NCBI GenBank assembly: GCA_036677065.1
Contig: JAKFBS010000008.1
Span: 1 to 64,000, forward strand
Length of the DNA stretch: 64,000 nt
Direction: 5' to 3'
DNA from: Bdellovibrio sp.
GTDB taxonomy: Bacteria; Bdellovibrionota; Bdellovibrionia; Bdellovibrionales; Bdellovibrionaceae
In this document: positions 19,055 through 29,505 of the stretch, piece after piece
Layout of the letters: each line of letters starts with the position of its first letter
How positions within the stretch are numbered: the first letter of the stretch is position 1
Program-made: the position numbers and the translations under genes
The notes under the pieces: generated by a model
Told to the model about the DNA's origin: nothing
Seen by the model: the letters and a program-made list of their open reading frames with translations, nothing else
Databases searched by the model: none

Positions 19055-19290
19055 AGGCGTTGTTCGCGGTTTCCCATGAAAAGCTCCATCGAGAAAAACC
19101 CAGATTTTTTTTCTGTAATGTAGCTTGAATTGCCATCACCAGAAAACAATGAAACTCGTTTGCCAAGATCTAAATCGACAGTCATTTTTTGCGTAACAGT
19201 ATTGGCGATTTTTTCAACGCAAGTTAATGTTGTCGCAGAGGCAGTTTGCGTAACTAATAATAAAGAAGTTGCTAGGATTAATTTTTTCAT
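18964..19290 (-). CDS. Secreted hypothetical protein
   Basis: Signal peptide MKKLILATSLL..ASA; Cys near each terminus of the mature protein. Confidence 0.6.
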   Translation of the reverse strand: MKKLILATSLLLVTQTASATTLTCVEKIANTVTQKMTVDLDLGKRVSLFSGDGNSSYITEKKSGFFSMELFMGNREQRLYSEGPISDATPLILAIWTRDELIEIECAK

Positions 19291-19316
19291 ACTTTTAGCC
19301 TAGCCGAATTACGAAG

Positions 19317-19919
19317 TTAGTCAATATTGCAGAGTAGAACTGGATGTTCACATTTTACTTTAATTACGCCTGAGCCCACATTTGATAGTGTGCGTGAAGA
19401 TAAGAGGTCAATTTTAGTTGGTGTTCTAAGTGGATACTTCACTTTGCCGGTAAGTTTAATTTTAGTATTTACAAAGGTGACTAAAGAAAATTCTCCTGAA
19501 AAATCAAGTTCATGGTCTCCGGCAGCTAACAGGACTTCAAAATCATTTAACACAAATGTTAAACCTGTTTTTTTGCTTGCACGGTAAATTTCGCCTAAAT
19601 TAAAAAGCCGGTGATCCAGTCGTTTTTCATCTTTAATTTTTGGAAATAGCCCGTAAGTTTCAACCCAGTGAATATTTTTCGGCAAAAGTTTTAATGCGTG
19701 ATAAAGATCAGATTCATTTTTATTTTTTTTAAGTTTTATCTTGGGGCTGTGCTGTCCCGAATCTTGATCGCCGATGCTCATCCAGTGAAGAGCGTTTTTA
19801 AACTGTGATTTCCGGTATTTAAGGCCGCCGTCGACAAAGATCATCAAGGTGTCATGATCATAGCTTAGCTTGCGATTTTTCGGTTCGCTACATGGGCCTA
19901 CGATAATAGCTTTTGGCAT
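19317..19919 (-). CDS. thiN: Thiamine pyrophosphokinase
   Basis: FVDGG, IGDQDS, KNESDL, RLDH and TLSN motifs; divergent from the TPP riboswitch. Confidence 0.8.
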   Translation of the reverse strand: MPKAIIVGPCSEPKNRKLSYDHDTLMIFVDGGLKYRKSQFKNALHWMSIGDQDSGQHSPKIKLKKNKNESDLYHALKLLPKNIHWVETYGLFPKIKDEKRLDHRLFNLGEIYRASKKTGLTFVLNDFEVLLAAGDHELDFSGEFSLVTFVNTKIKLTGKVKYPLRTPTKIDLLSSRTLSNVGSGVIKVKCEHPVLLCNID

Positions 19920-19984
19920 GGGGTTAATCCTTTGTTAAAAAACGTCTTGTGTCTAAGAATAACTTCTGTTAACTGTATCAAAAA

Positions 19985-20070
19985 TACTAGGGGTGGTTGC
20001 AAATAATTTCTTTTGCCGCCTGAGAATACACCCTATGAACCTGTCAAGATAATGCTTGCGAAGGGAAGAT
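19985..20070 (+). ncRNA. TPP riboswitch
   Basis: Conserved elements AGGGGTG...CTGAGA..ACCC..GAACCTG..GATAATGC..GCGAAGGGAAG directly before ATG 20074. Confidence 0.9.
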
Positions 20071-20073
20071 ACA

Positions 20074-20715
20074 ATGACTACCACGTCACACGTGCGCGGT
20101 ACGCGCACCCAATCAACAGTCGGCGGTGCGCGCCCCCAATCCACAATCCAACAACTTTTAAAAAACTACACGATCTTTGAGATGGTTTTTATTTGCGTTT
20201 CCTCCGTAGCCTTAGGTGTGGCTTTCTGGGGATGGACCTTCGCTTATGAAATCACAAAACCTGCGCTTAAACTTGTTGGTTTAAATTATTTAGCTGCAGG
20301 CTTTTGGATTTTTGCTTCAGTGTTTACACCACTGATCGTGCGCAGGCCATTTGTAGCCATTATTGCATCAGTGATTGCGGCCGGAGTTGAAGGAGTAATT
20401 ACTCACTGGGGTGCGATGGCTTTAGTGTGGGGATTAGTTCAGGGCTTGGGTGCTGAAATGGTTTTTGCGGCCACGGGTTACCGTAAATGGAATTTAACCA
20501 TAGTCGTTATTGCCGCGATGATGTCTGCCACAGCAAGTTTTATTTTAGATTTTTTCTATTATGGTTATAGTCAAATAGCGACTCAATTACAGTTAACACA
20601 ATATTTATCTTTTGTGGTGTCGTCGGCGCTGTTAGCAGGTATTTTAAGTTGTATTCTCGTTGGCCGTTTAAAAAAACTTAATTTGTTAAATCGTTTTTTA
20701 GCTCAGTCTATTTAG
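20074..20715 (+). CDS. ECF transporter S component (YkoE-like, thiamine/HMP)
   Basis: Multiple TM segments; GLVQGLGAEMVFA..GYRKW motif; downstream of the TPP riboswitch. Confidence 0.85.
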   Translation: MTTTSHVRGTRTQSTVGGARPQSTIQQLLKNYTIFEMVFICVSSVALGVAFWGWTFAYEITKPALKLVGLNYLAAGFWIFASVFTPLIVRRPFVAIIASVIAAGVEGVITHWGAMALVWGLVQGLGAEMVFAATGYRKWNLTIVVIAAMMSATASFILDFFYYGYSQIATQLQLTQYLSFVVSSALLAGILSCILVGRLKKLNLLNRFLAQSI

Positions 20716-22007
20716 TGTTAAACATTTCGCCTTTTGATTTTTTCTATCCCGGTGCGGTTGTGCCAACATTGGTTTCAACCGCGTCAGTCACATTGCCTGA
20801 GCGCGGGCTGCATTTGGTAACGGGTCCATCGGGTTCAGGTAAGAGTACACTCTTAAGTTTAATTAAAGGTTTATGCCCGCATTATACACCAGGTAAGTTT
20901 ACTGGCCACATTCACTATAACAATGAATTGGTGGATAAAGATTTTGTTTATAGAAAACAAAATGAAATAGTTTATCTATTTCAAAATCCATTTCATCAGA
21001 TAATTTATCAAAATCCACAGTTAGAATTTTGTTTCACCGCTGAAAGCCAGCAAGTAGCTTATGAAGATTTTGTGAAACATAAAACTTTAATTGCACACAC
21101 TTTCGGACTTTCTGATATGTGGAGCAAAAAGACTTCGGAGTTGTCTCTGGGGCAGGCGCAGCGGCTGTTATTAGGCTCGCTGCTGGTAACAAATCCTAAA
21201 GTGTTGTTATTGGATGAGCCCACGGCTTTTATGGATCAGTCAGCGCGAGAATTGTTTTACGTGATGCTTGCTGAACTTAAAGAAAAGTATTTGGTGCTGT
21301 TGGTGGATCATCATATTAATGAAGTTAAGCAGCTTGTGGATAGTTTTATAGTAGTTGATCAACTGGGCAGGATTTCGCAGCAAGATCGATTTACCGCTGA
21401 AGCCCTCGATTTTTCAAAACTTAAACAAAGCTATCTAAGTTCGAATAAGTCAGAAGGTTATCAAATTAAGTTGGATCGGGTAAGTTTTGCGTATAAAAAA
21501 AATGAGCCCGTATTAAAAAATATTTCTTTATCGGTAAAGGCTCCTGAGATTGTTGTCATCAAGGGTGCGAATGGCTCTGGTAAAAGTACTTTATTAAAAT
21601 TAATAGTAGGTACATTAAAGCCCACGCAAGTAGGCTATGTGATGCAAAACCCCGAAGATAATTTTATTTGTGATACCGCCGCTGAAGAATTAGCAGAAAC
21701 TGATAAAGACTTAGTAAAGTTATTTTTTCAGGATAAAAATTTAAATGTGTCACCCTTTTCATTATCTGAAGGCGAAAAAAGACGGCTTTCGCTATTGGTG
21801 CATTTAAACCCGAATAAAAAAGTCATACTTTATGACGAGCCTACGTTTGGACTGGATGAAAAGAATAAATTTTCAGTGGCCGAGAGTTTACTAAAGTTTC
21901 GCGAAAAAAACATTTTACAGATCGTTGTCAGTCACGATGACGCCTTTATCGCTGCCATCGCTGACCGGGTATTCACTTTAAAAGACGGAATGCTTTATGA
22001 AGCTTGA
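20715..22007 (+). CDS. ECF transporter double ATPase (YkoD-like)
   Basis: Two ABC cassettes (GPSGSGKS/LLDEPT and GANGSGKS/YDEPTFG), FQNP and MQNP. Confidence 0.9.
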   Translation: MLNISPFDFFYPGAVVPTLVSTASVTLPERGLHLVTGPSGSGKSTLLSLIKGLCPHYTPGKFTGHIHYNNELVDKDFVYRKQNEIVYLFQNPFHQIIYQNPQLEFCFTAESQQVAYEDFVKHKTLIAHTFGLSDMWSKKTSELSLGQAQRLLLGSLLVTNPKVLLLDEPTAFMDQSARELFYVMLAELKEKYLVLLVDHHINEVKQLVDSFIVVDQLGRISQQDRFTAEALDFSKLKQSYLSSNKSEGYQIKLDRVSFAYKKNEPVLKNISLSVKAPEIVVIKGANGSGKSTLLKLIVGTLKPTQVGYVMQNPEDNFICDTAAEELAETDKDLVKLFFQDKNLNVSPFSLSEGEKRRLSLLVHLNPNKKVILYDEPTFGLDEKNKFSVAESLLKFREKNILQIVVSHDDAFIAAIADRVFTLKDGMLYEA

Positions 22008-22635
22008 TTATCGTCTGATTTATCCAGAAAAAGTGCATTCTGCGGTAAGTGCACTAGTTTTGTTTTTAGTTTTAGTGAATTTATTTATTTTTAGCCAGCC
22101 CGTCGTCATGCTTGGACTGTTTTTAAGTGTGATCGGCTATTTTTTATATTTAGGGCTTTCGCTTTTACAGCTGGTTAAGATTTCTCTCTACACGTTAGCC
22201 TTTACGGCAATATATCTGTTGATGGTGTTGTTATTTCCAAACCCAGATCGTGCTTTTGAGGCTTCGGTGTTTATCAGACTGTTTTTTGTATCGACCTTGT
22301 CAGTCAGTTCGTTAACTGTGATTCATGGTGAAGTGATTTTATTATATTTAGCCCAACAAAAAAAGTTACCGGTGCTGTTAATTTATCCATTATTGTTTTC
22401 TCTGAGCGCGATGGCTTTGTTTAAACAAAAGTTCGATCTCTATAGATTAAATCATCGCTTGCGTGAAAGCAAAGGCTGGGTTTTGCCAAAGATGTTATTT
22501 CAGTTTTTAGTTTTCACGTTAAGATTTTCTGAAAGTGGGGCGTTGTCGTTAATAGCCCGCGGTCTTTCAGAAAACAAACTGTATTATTACGATTTCTCGA
22601 TTAAAAATTATAGGTCTCAAGGCTTTCGCGCATGA
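21997..22635 (+). CDS. ECF transporter T component
   Basis: TM-rich; C-terminal ARG motif; third gene of the ECF operon. Confidence 0.75.
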   Translation: MKLDYRLIYPEKVHSAVSALVLFLVLVNLFIFSQPVVMLGLFLSVIGYFLYLGLSLLQLVKISLYTLAFTAIYLLMVLLFPNPDRAFEASVFIRLFFVSTLSVSSLTVIHGEVILLYLAQQKKLPVLLIYPLLFSLSAMALFKQKFDLYRLNHRLRESKGWVLPKMLFQFLVFTLRFSESGALSLIARGLSENKLYYYDFSIKNYRSQGFRA

Positions 22636-23500
22636 TTCCGGTCGCCACTTGCAAAAAAGCACTTAGCTTTTTAGAAACAAAGGCTTGGTGCGGATATACA
22701 AAATGCACGGGGCGCGATTCGCTTTTCCAGTCATCTAGAATGCGCACTAGTTTTTTATTGCCTGTTTCAGCATAACAATAAAAAGTCGGCATCAGGGCTA
22801 TACCTAAGCCAGATACCGCAAGCGATTTAACTAAATTTAAATCATTCATCATCAGATTTTTAGTCATCGCGACAGTTTGACTGCCTTTAGAGCTATTTAA
22901 TTTCCAGCTTTCTGCGCCCAGCGGAGTAAACTGCAAACAAAAGTGGTTTTGTAAGTCTTTGGGGTTTTTGGGTTCGCCATGAGATTTAATATATTTAGGC
23001 GAAGCAAATGGGGCAAAATAGACAGACCCAATCTTTTTGGCGATCAGGCTAGAATCTCTCAAATCTCCAGCGCGAATAGCCAGATCTACTCCGTCTGCGA
23101 CCAAGTCAACAGTTCGATCAGATAAAATAATTTCAAGCTGCACAGCTGGATACATTTTTTGAAATTGCTCGATCACGGCGGGTAAAAGAGCTCCACCTAA
23201 TTCAACAGGGGCGGTGATGCGTAGTAAACCCTGCGGGATGCTTTGAGTTTGTGTCACTTGTTCATCGGCCAGCGTAATTTGGTTTAAGGCTTGCAAACAT
23301 TGTTTGTGGTAAGCCAGGCCAGCATCGGTGACAAAAAGTTTTCGCGTGGTTCTGCGAATCAGGGTTACACCTAAGCGCTTTTCTAAAGCTGAAACTTTTG
23401 TACTGACTGTTGATTTAGGCATGTTTAGTTGTAATGAAGCTTTGGCGAAGCTTCCGCATTCTACGACTTTGACGAATATTGCAATTTCATTTAAATCCAT
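22601..23500 (-). CDS. LysR-family transcriptional regulator
   Basis: GSFAKAS...LEKRLGVTLIRRTTRKL HTH; DLAIR. Confidence 0.95.
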   Translation of the reverse strand: MDLNEIAIFVKVVECGSFAKASLQLNMPKSTVSTKVSALEKRLGVTLIRRTTRKLFVTDAGLAYHKQCLQALNQITLADEQVTQTQSIPQGLLRITAPVELGGALLPAVIEQFQKMYPAVQLEIILSDRTVDLVADGVDLAIRAGDLRDSSLIAKKIGSVYFAPFASPKYIKSHGEPKNPKDLQNHFCLQFTPLGAESWKLNSSKGSQTVAMTKNLMMNDLNLVKSLAVSGLGIALMPTFYCYAETGNKKLVRILDDWKSESRPVHFVYPHQAFVSKKLSAFLQVATGIMRESLETYNF

Positions 23501-23600
23501 AGAGGTGATTGTACAATACTATGAACAATAAATCTAGATTAAACCGTCTATTCAGCTAATCAAAAATACCGTAAAGTACTTTATATCAAGGAGGCCAATT

Positions 23601-24299
23601 ATGTTAGAAATCAGAAAATCCGCAGACCGAGGTCTTGCTAACCATGGCTGGCTAAAGTCGCTTCACACGTTTTCATTTGCCGAATATTATGACCCTAAAC
23701 AAATGGGCTTTCGCTCCCTTCGGGTGATTAACGAAGATCGCATCGAAGGTGGTACAGGCTTTGGGGCGCATCCGCATCGTGATGTCGAAATTATTTCTTA
23801 TGTCGTGAGCGGTGGCTTAAAGCATGAAGATTCAATGGGTAATAATACTATTATTCGCCCGAACGAAGTTCAGCGTATGACGGCAGGTACGGGTGTTGTG
23901 CATTCTGAATACAATGCCAACCCAACCGATGAGACGCATTTTTTTCAGATCTGGATTTTACCAAAAGCTAAAGGCAGCACTCCTGGTTACGGGCAAAAAT
24001 CTTTTGAAACAGAACTAAACACTAAAAAATTAGTTCACGTGATTTCACAAGATGGCCGAGATGGATCAATCAGTATCAATCAAGACGCTGATTTATATAT
24101 CTCGCGCTTAAAAGCAGGAGATGATTTAGATTTTAAACTTCGCGAAACTCGTGGCGCCTGGATTCAAGTGGTTAAAGGTGAATTAACAGTGAATGGTGCA
24201 ACCGTAAAAGGCGGAGATGCGCTGAAATTTGTAAACGCTGAAGCTATCCAGTTTAAAGCTGGAACTGATTCTGAATTTTTGTTATTTGATCTAGGATAA
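23601..24299 (+). CDS. Pirin-family protein (YhhW-like)
   Basis: HGWLKSLHTFSF, GFGAHPHRDVE, AGTGVVHSE. Confidence 0.95.
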   Translation: MLEIRKSADRGLANHGWLKSLHTFSFAEYYDPKQMGFRSLRVINEDRIEGGTGFGAHPHRDVEIISYVVSGGLKHEDSMGNNTIIRPNEVQRMTAGTGVVHSEYNANPTDETHFFQIWILPKAKGSTPGYGQKSFETELNTKKLVHVISQDGRDGSISINQDADLYISRLKAGDDLDFKLRETRGAWIQVVKGELTVNGATVKGGDALKFVNAEAIQFKAGTDSEFLLFDLG

Positions 24300-24311
24300 A
24301 TTAATTTGTTT

Positions 24312-25469
24312 CTACGGTAAGAGGTTTTCTAGAAGAATAACCACATTACGTGATTCGATGCTCACTGTGACAGACTTAGTTTGCGGATTCGATAAGTGCT
24401 CGCGAACTGCAGGTAAAAATAAAGTCACAGTGGGTTTGTAATCAACTGTAGTAATGATGTCTCCGGTGCGAACACCGGCTTTATCGGCAGGGCTTTGGCT
24501 AAAAACATCTAAGACCTTAAAATTTGCGCCATCTAACATAAGCCACATACCACTGCGGTCAAATTCATGCGCGTTAGAATAAAAAGAATTTCTATTGAGA
24601 ACTATGTGCTGTTTTAGATAATTAATCGTTAAATTAAACCGCTTAAGTAATTCATTACCGATTGTTCCATTTGAGGTCGTCGAAGTCATTCCGCCCTTGG
24701 TGGCGGTTGGCAGACGCAGTATGGGATGGGTAAAGGCCTCATTGCCGAAAGTGACTTGGCCCGCGCGAATAATTTGTGTTTGCAGCGGGCCCGCGATGCC
24801 CCAGCCAGTGATAAGTTCAAACGAGGGTTTGTAAATGGCTTTTAAATTATTAGCCTGAATAAACGGAGTTGTTAAAGTCATCGAAGCGCGATCACCAGTG
24901 TCGAGCCAGAATTTACCGCGCACACCATCAATTGAAGCTTCAACTAAGGGAATGCCACCGTCAAAACCAATAAATGGAATAATTTCACCGGATGGCTTGG
25001 TGTTAAATTGATTATGCGAAGTGAAAGTGACTTGCTGTTTATCAAAATTAACTTCAGCCACATAACGCATAAAAACCTCATAGCCGATCAGACCATCAAA
25101 GTTTTTAAAACCAATAGCTTTTTTCATGCCTGACAGATCAACGATTAAAAATTTTTGATTCAAAAGTTTTAATTCAGAAATATCCATATGCTGAATGTCG
25201 CCGTAAGAAGCAGTTGCCGTAAATTCGCCGCCGCCGGTGATGTTAAAAGAATCATAAGTTGCAATATTTAGTTTCGCGGCCGCTTGCGCATCTAAAATAT
25301 TTGAAGCCCCTGTGTCTAACACCATGACGAATGGGCCCTGGCCATTGATTTTAATCGAGACAAAAATTCGGTTGTCGACGAATTCAAAGGGTACCGTTAC
25401 AGCTTCGGCCAAAGTTTTAGAAGAAAAAGTAAAAGCCAAACCAAAATAGAAAAGTATTTTTTTAAACAT
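24312..25469 (-). CDS. Secreted double retropepsin-like aspartyl protease with PDZ domain (probable start 25469)
   Basis: Two DTG motifs (VLDTGAS, WLDTGD); C-terminal SPADKAGVRTGD PDZ; signal peptide. Confidence 0.85.
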   Translation of the reverse strand: MFKKILFYFGLAFTFSSKTLAEAVTVPFEFVDNRIFVSIKINGQGPFVMVLDTGASNILDAQAAAKLNIATYDSFNITGGGEFTATASYGDIQHMDISELKLLNQKFLIVDLSGMKKAIGFKNFDGLIGYEVFMRYVAEVNFDKQQVTFTSHNQFNTKPSGEIIPFIGFDGGIPLVEASIDGVRGKFWLDTGDRASMTLTTPFIQANNLKAIYKPSFELITGWGIAGPLQTQIIRAGQVTFGNEAFTHPILRLPTATKGGMTSTTSNGTIGNELLKRFNLTINYLKQHIVLNRNSFYSNAHEFDRSGMWLMLDGANFKVLDVFSQSPADKAGVRTGDIITTVDYKPTVTLFLPAVREHLSNPQTKSVTVSIESRNVVILLENLLP

Positions 25470-26307
25470 TGTGATTCGCGCGATACTGACTTGGCGATAA
25501 GCCAGTATTAGCTTTAAACGATTTATTAAAGGTTGAAAGATGATCAAAGCCAAGCTCGGTAGAAATAGACATTATTGTATTATTAGTAGAAAGCAAAAGC
25601 TCTTTAGCTAAATCTATTTTTATACGCGCTAAATATTTTGCCGGAGACACGCCAATAGCATTACGAAATACGCGCACCATATGAAATTTGCTAAGGCCAA
25701 CTGCTTTTGACAATTTATCTAAACTAAATTCAACATCACCCACATGATGATTAATCACGCGCTTCATTTTATCGATTGAATCCGGAAAATGCCCTGAATC
25801 AATGCCGCGGCTAATTTTCATCGAATCACTATGGCGGTAACGAGTCAGCGTCAAAAGGGCTAATTCGGTGGCAAGGCAGTCAATGGTTAACGAGCTACCC
25901 AAAGATTCAGGATTAGAAAAATGAATGATCTTTTTCATTAACGTTGAAATTTCTTGGCCTTGCTCTAGTTCGATCGGATCAAAAAGAATTTCTGCAGCAT
26001 TTACGCCTAATGGTTCACACAGTTTATTTAAATAATCTTTAGCGATCACGACAGATTGAATTTGTCCGGTCACTTGTTGATAAGTTTCGGTATGTCTTTC
26101 AGTTCCATTAAACAGTAAAACTTTATTGTAGGATGGCTTGATTTTTTTACCGCGGGTATGAATTTCAGAAATAAAATTCGACGGCACCACATATTCAAGG
26201 CCCGGCATTTCACAAACTGTCTGGCCGGTAAAGTTTGTCAGATCAGCCTTAAGCAGGGTGCTGATATTATACTGGTTTTGAATGCTAAGGTTAAAGCCAT
26301 CGTTCAT
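25462..26307 (-). CDS. AraC-family transcriptional regulator (probable start 26307)
   Basis: C-terminal double HTH LSKFHMVRVF...LGFDHLSTFNKSFK..TGLSPSQYR. Confidence 0.9.
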   Translation of the reverse strand: MNDGFNLSIQNQYNISTLLKADLTNFTGQTVCEMPGLEYVVPSNFISEIHTRGKKIKPSYNKVLLFNGTERHTETYQQVTGQIQSVVIAKDYLNKLCEPLGVNAAEILFDPIELEQGQEISTLMKKIIHFSNPESLGSSLTIDCLATELALLTLTRYRHSDSMKISRGIDSGHFPDSIDKMKRVINHHVGDVEFSLDKLSKAVGLSKFHMVRVFRNAIGVSPAKYLARIKIDLAKELLLSTNNTIMSISTELGFDHLSTFNKSFKANTGLSPSQYRANHNV

Positions 26308-26417
26308 AACTATGAAGTACACACATCTATGTGGGGTTTCAACAGGCATAGGAGCTTTACAATTTAAAGAGCAATTTTTTCTTAGCATAAAGCTCTGAAA
26401 AAGGGTTTTATGCGCCC

Positions 26418-27488
26418 ATGAATGTAAAAAATATTTCTAAACTAATTTGTATCGTTGTAATTTTAACTGGAGTTAACAGTCTAGCGGCTGAGATTGCGAA
26501 TGAATTGGGTGCTCCGAAGGCTCAAGAAACCAGTGCTGACCATACCGTTCAGTATGGGTCGGTCAACATCGCTGGCGAACTTCAGCGTGTGATCGTGACG
26601 GTGCCAAACAGCAAAGGGCCACACCCAGCACTCCTACTCATTGGCGGGCTTGGCTGTTATTCACTCGATTTTTCAGGGGCTGGTCCGCATGTCGAGTCTT
26701 ACAAGAACATTATCGAATTTATGAGTAAAAATGGTTTCGTCACCATGCGAGTTGAAAAGACCGGCATGGGCGATAGCCAAGGTAAACCCTGTGCTGAGCA
26801 AAATTTTGACCGTGAACTGGCAGGTTATCTTGCGGGATTAAAAGCGTTAAAAAGTTATTCTTTTGTAAACGCAGACCGCGTTTCAATATTTGGCCACAGC
26901 ATCGGCGGAGTGATTGCGCCGTTATTATTAGAACAAGTTTCGGCTCACGCGGTGATCGTGATGGGAAGCTTAGCCGAACGCTGGTATGATTATGACCGCA
27001 CCAACACGATTCGCCAGTTGTACTTAGCAGGATATACAGCCCCACAAGTTGCACAAGAACTTCAAATTCGCGATTATGTGGCAAAAGAATTTTATATCGG
27101 TAAAAAAACTCCCGATCAAATTAAACAAGTTTATCCAGCGGGTGCGCCTTATTTAGAGTTTCCGGTGCATTACACGTACATGCAGCAGTTAGCAGATTTG
27201 AATTTGAATCCGAGCTGGAAAAAATCATCAGCTAAAGTATTTATGCTTTTAGGCAAAGCTGATTTTGTCGGTTCGCAGTGGCCAGAGCATCAGTCTTTTT
27301 CTAAAGACATTAATCAAACTCGCGCTGTCAAATTACAGATCGAAGAAATCCCGGCTTTAGATCACTTTTTTAGAAATGCGAATTCACAGCTTGAAAGTTT
27401 TTATAACGTCAGTCTTGCAGGCCAACCGTTAGTTTTTCAAGACGAGTTTTTAAACGTTCTTGCCAATAAAATTCCAGAAATGAAATAA
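26418..27488 (+). CDS. Secreted alpha/beta hydrolase
   Basis: Signal peptide; GHSIGG nucleophile motif; KAD and DH catalytic candidates. Confidence 0.85.
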   Translation: MNVKNISKLICIVVILTGVNSLAAEIANELGAPKAQETSADHTVQYGSVNIAGELQRVIVTVPNSKGPHPALLLIGGLGCYSLDFSGAGPHVESYKNIIEFMSKNGFVTMRVEKTGMGDSQGKPCAEQNFDRELAGYLAGLKALKSYSFVNADRVSIFGHSIGGVIAPLLLEQVSAHAVIVMGSLAERWYDYDRTNTIRQLYLAGYTAPQVAQELQIRDYVAKEFYIGKKTPDQIKQVYPAGAPYLEFPVHYTYMQQLADLNLNPSWKKSSAKVFMLLGKADFVGSQWPEHQSFSKDINQTRAVKLQIEEIPALDHFFRNANSQLESFYNVSLAGQPLVFQDEFLNVLANKIPEMK

Positions 27489-27593
27489 GTTCGACACGAT
27501 ATAGCGCCCGAGCAGCTCTATATTTTCATAAAAACGGGAACGATTATTTCATAGGTATTCTTTAGGTCTGCGAATAACTTAGAGAGTATCAAA

Positions 27594-28853
27594 ATGAGAC
27601 ACTTGATTTTTGCAATTTTAACGATCGGATTATGGCTTACATCAGCTCATGCTGAGGTTAAGGCCGTTATAACAGGTCGCGTGTTAAAAGTGTCTATCAA
27701 GCCGTATGCGCCGTTAAAACCCTATGAATTGTGGTATCGCCAAAGACGCGATGCTGAGGGCAATCGTTATGGTCAGCGCGAATTCTGGTTAAATTACCCA
27801 ACAAAACATGAATACTACAGCTTTAAGAGTACTTGTGATCAATCTCTGCAAGCAGGCGTTTTAGATTTAACGATTAATTTAGACACAATGGCTGATAAAA
27901 CCATGTGGGCAAAATTTAATTGTTTAAAACTAGATCACGATGCATTGACGATTGTGTTTCCGACATTAGAAAAATTCTTAACTCCAGAATTGCCACAAAT
28001 TAAAAATGTATTATCTCAACTAAATCAAAACTCAATTTATACAGATTACAATGCGCCCGATTACCAAGTTAAAGCTGATGCAATAATGGCTTTGAATCAA
28101 TTAGTGAATTACACCTTAGACAATAAGCGTGAATTTGAATGGTATAAAAATGCTGAATATAGAAACGCCTTGTTAGATGGAACTTTAAAAGAATTTGATA
28201 AAAAAGCTTATGCAGGTCATGACCCGGTCATTACAAAACCTTTAGTTCTGGTGACTCATGCGACAACTATCTTTGATAAAAAATCGATTAAGACTTTTGC
28301 TGATGCAAATATTCAGTACGCTAAATCACGTGGTTTTCCAGTGGTGTACTTAGTCAGTGATGACGGGGTACATGATCAAACTTGGTATTTAGCTGATAAA
28401 AATCCGACCCGGGCTTATTTTTCAAAAAATGGCGAACACTCGGTATTAAGCACCAACACGGTCATCATGATGGGTGGGTTTTACAGCCAGTGTCTTCGCA
28501 CTAGCCAGTTAGACACGATCACCAGACATTTTCTTGTAAGCCAAGAAGCGCTAACAATTCATTTACCGGTTGCGGGAATTTATGCGCATGATTCAATTGA
28601 TTTCACAAAAATACCTAAAGAAACATTCTTAGCGCGAGTTAAAGAAGGTTCTATCTTAGGCGGGTATGAAGTTGATGATAATCATGGCGGTATGGTTGAG
28701 AGTGATATGAACAAGCTTACGGGCACTCCGAATTTAAAAGACTACACCATAAACATATTTGCCGACGATAAGCTTGCTGAAAAAGTTGGAACTGGTTCAC
28801 GCGTGGTGAATTTGAAATTTTGGAGCGCCAACCAGTTCTGGAATCTATTTTAG
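27594..28853 (+). CDS. Secreted hypothetical protein, possible C-terminal cysteine-hydrolase-like domain
   Basis: Signal peptide; AKSRGFPVVYL and MGGFYSQCL loosely resemble the isochorismatase family. Confidence 0.5.
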   Translation: MRHLIFAILTIGLWLTSAHAEVKAVITGRVLKVSIKPYAPLKPYELWYRQRRDAEGNRYGQREFWLNYPTKHEYYSFKSTCDQSLQAGVLDLTINLDTMADKTMWAKFNCLKLDHDALTIVFPTLEKFLTPELPQIKNVLSQLNQNSIYTDYNAPDYQVKADAIMALNQLVNYTLDNKREFEWYKNAEYRNALLDGTLKEFDKKAYAGHDPVITKPLVLVTHATTIFDKKSIKTFADANIQYAKSRGFPVVYLVSDDGVHDQTWYLADKNPTRAYFSKNGEHSVLSTNTVIMMGGFYSQCLRTSQLDTITRHFLVSQEALTIHLPVAGIYAHDSIDFTKIPKETFLARVKEGSILGGYEVDDNHGGMVESDMNKLTGTPNLKDYTINIFADDKLAEKVGTGSRVVNLKFWSANQFWNLF

Positions 28854-28860
28854 TCAGCTA

Positions 28861-29076
28861 TTAATAATGGGTAATATCTTTTTGCGCAGTAATTGCGTGA
28901 CCGATTAAGTACGCCACCACTAAGCCAGTCGGGATTAAGGCAAGAAAGCCGATGTTGTCTCCCAAAGTCGCATATATAATAAGTAATGATTGGCCAAACA
29001 ACCACAATCCTAACATGATTAAGCCTAGAGCTAGCAGTCCTTTTGCGGTATCAATAAGTATTCGCATTGAATCCAT
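28861..29076 (-). CDS. Small two-TM protein
   Basis: SD aggagga; two hydrophobic helices. Confidence 0.65.
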   Translation of the reverse strand: MDSMRILIDTAKGLLALGLIMLGLWLFGQSLLIIYATLGDNIGFLALIPTGLVVAYLIGHAITAQKDITHY

Positions 29077-29184
29077 AAGTCCTCCTATCTGTAAGTCTGC
29101 TGTACTAGATATTATAGCACAAAACAGCGATAGGAGGGTAATGGTGTATCAAGTGCGTGAATTGATTCAAGTATTATATGAGTC

Positions 29185-29505
29185 TCAAGAAGCTACATGA
29201 AGTTTAAACTTAGGGTTCAGTTTTCCTAAGTATTTGATCAGTCGATCAACGGTCAACTTGTCGATGCGATAGCGTACAATTTCACTAATGCGTGATTCGC
29301 TAACATCTAATCGGGCAGCAATATCTCGCTGAGATATATTATGAGCCAAACAATATTTAACAAATTCGCCACATAGGGCATACTTTGTGCGATCGAGTGG
29401 GTCAGCGTTAGGAGGAAGTCCTGCAGAACCTTTAGCTTTAGATAATTTTTTGCTGGTAGCTTTAAGTTCTGCTTCGTTAGGCCAGTTAATTTTTTGCTTT
29501 GCCAT
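29185..29505 (-). CDS. XRE-family HTH protein (antitoxin-like)
   Basis: ISQRDIAARLDVSESRISEIVRYRIDKLTVDRL HTH. Confidence 0.85.
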   Translation of the reverse strand: MAKQKINWPNEAELKATSKKLSKAKGSAGLPPNADPLDRTKYALCGEFVKYCLAHNISQRDIAARLDVSESRISEIVRYRIDKLTVDRLIKYLGKLNPKFKLHVAS

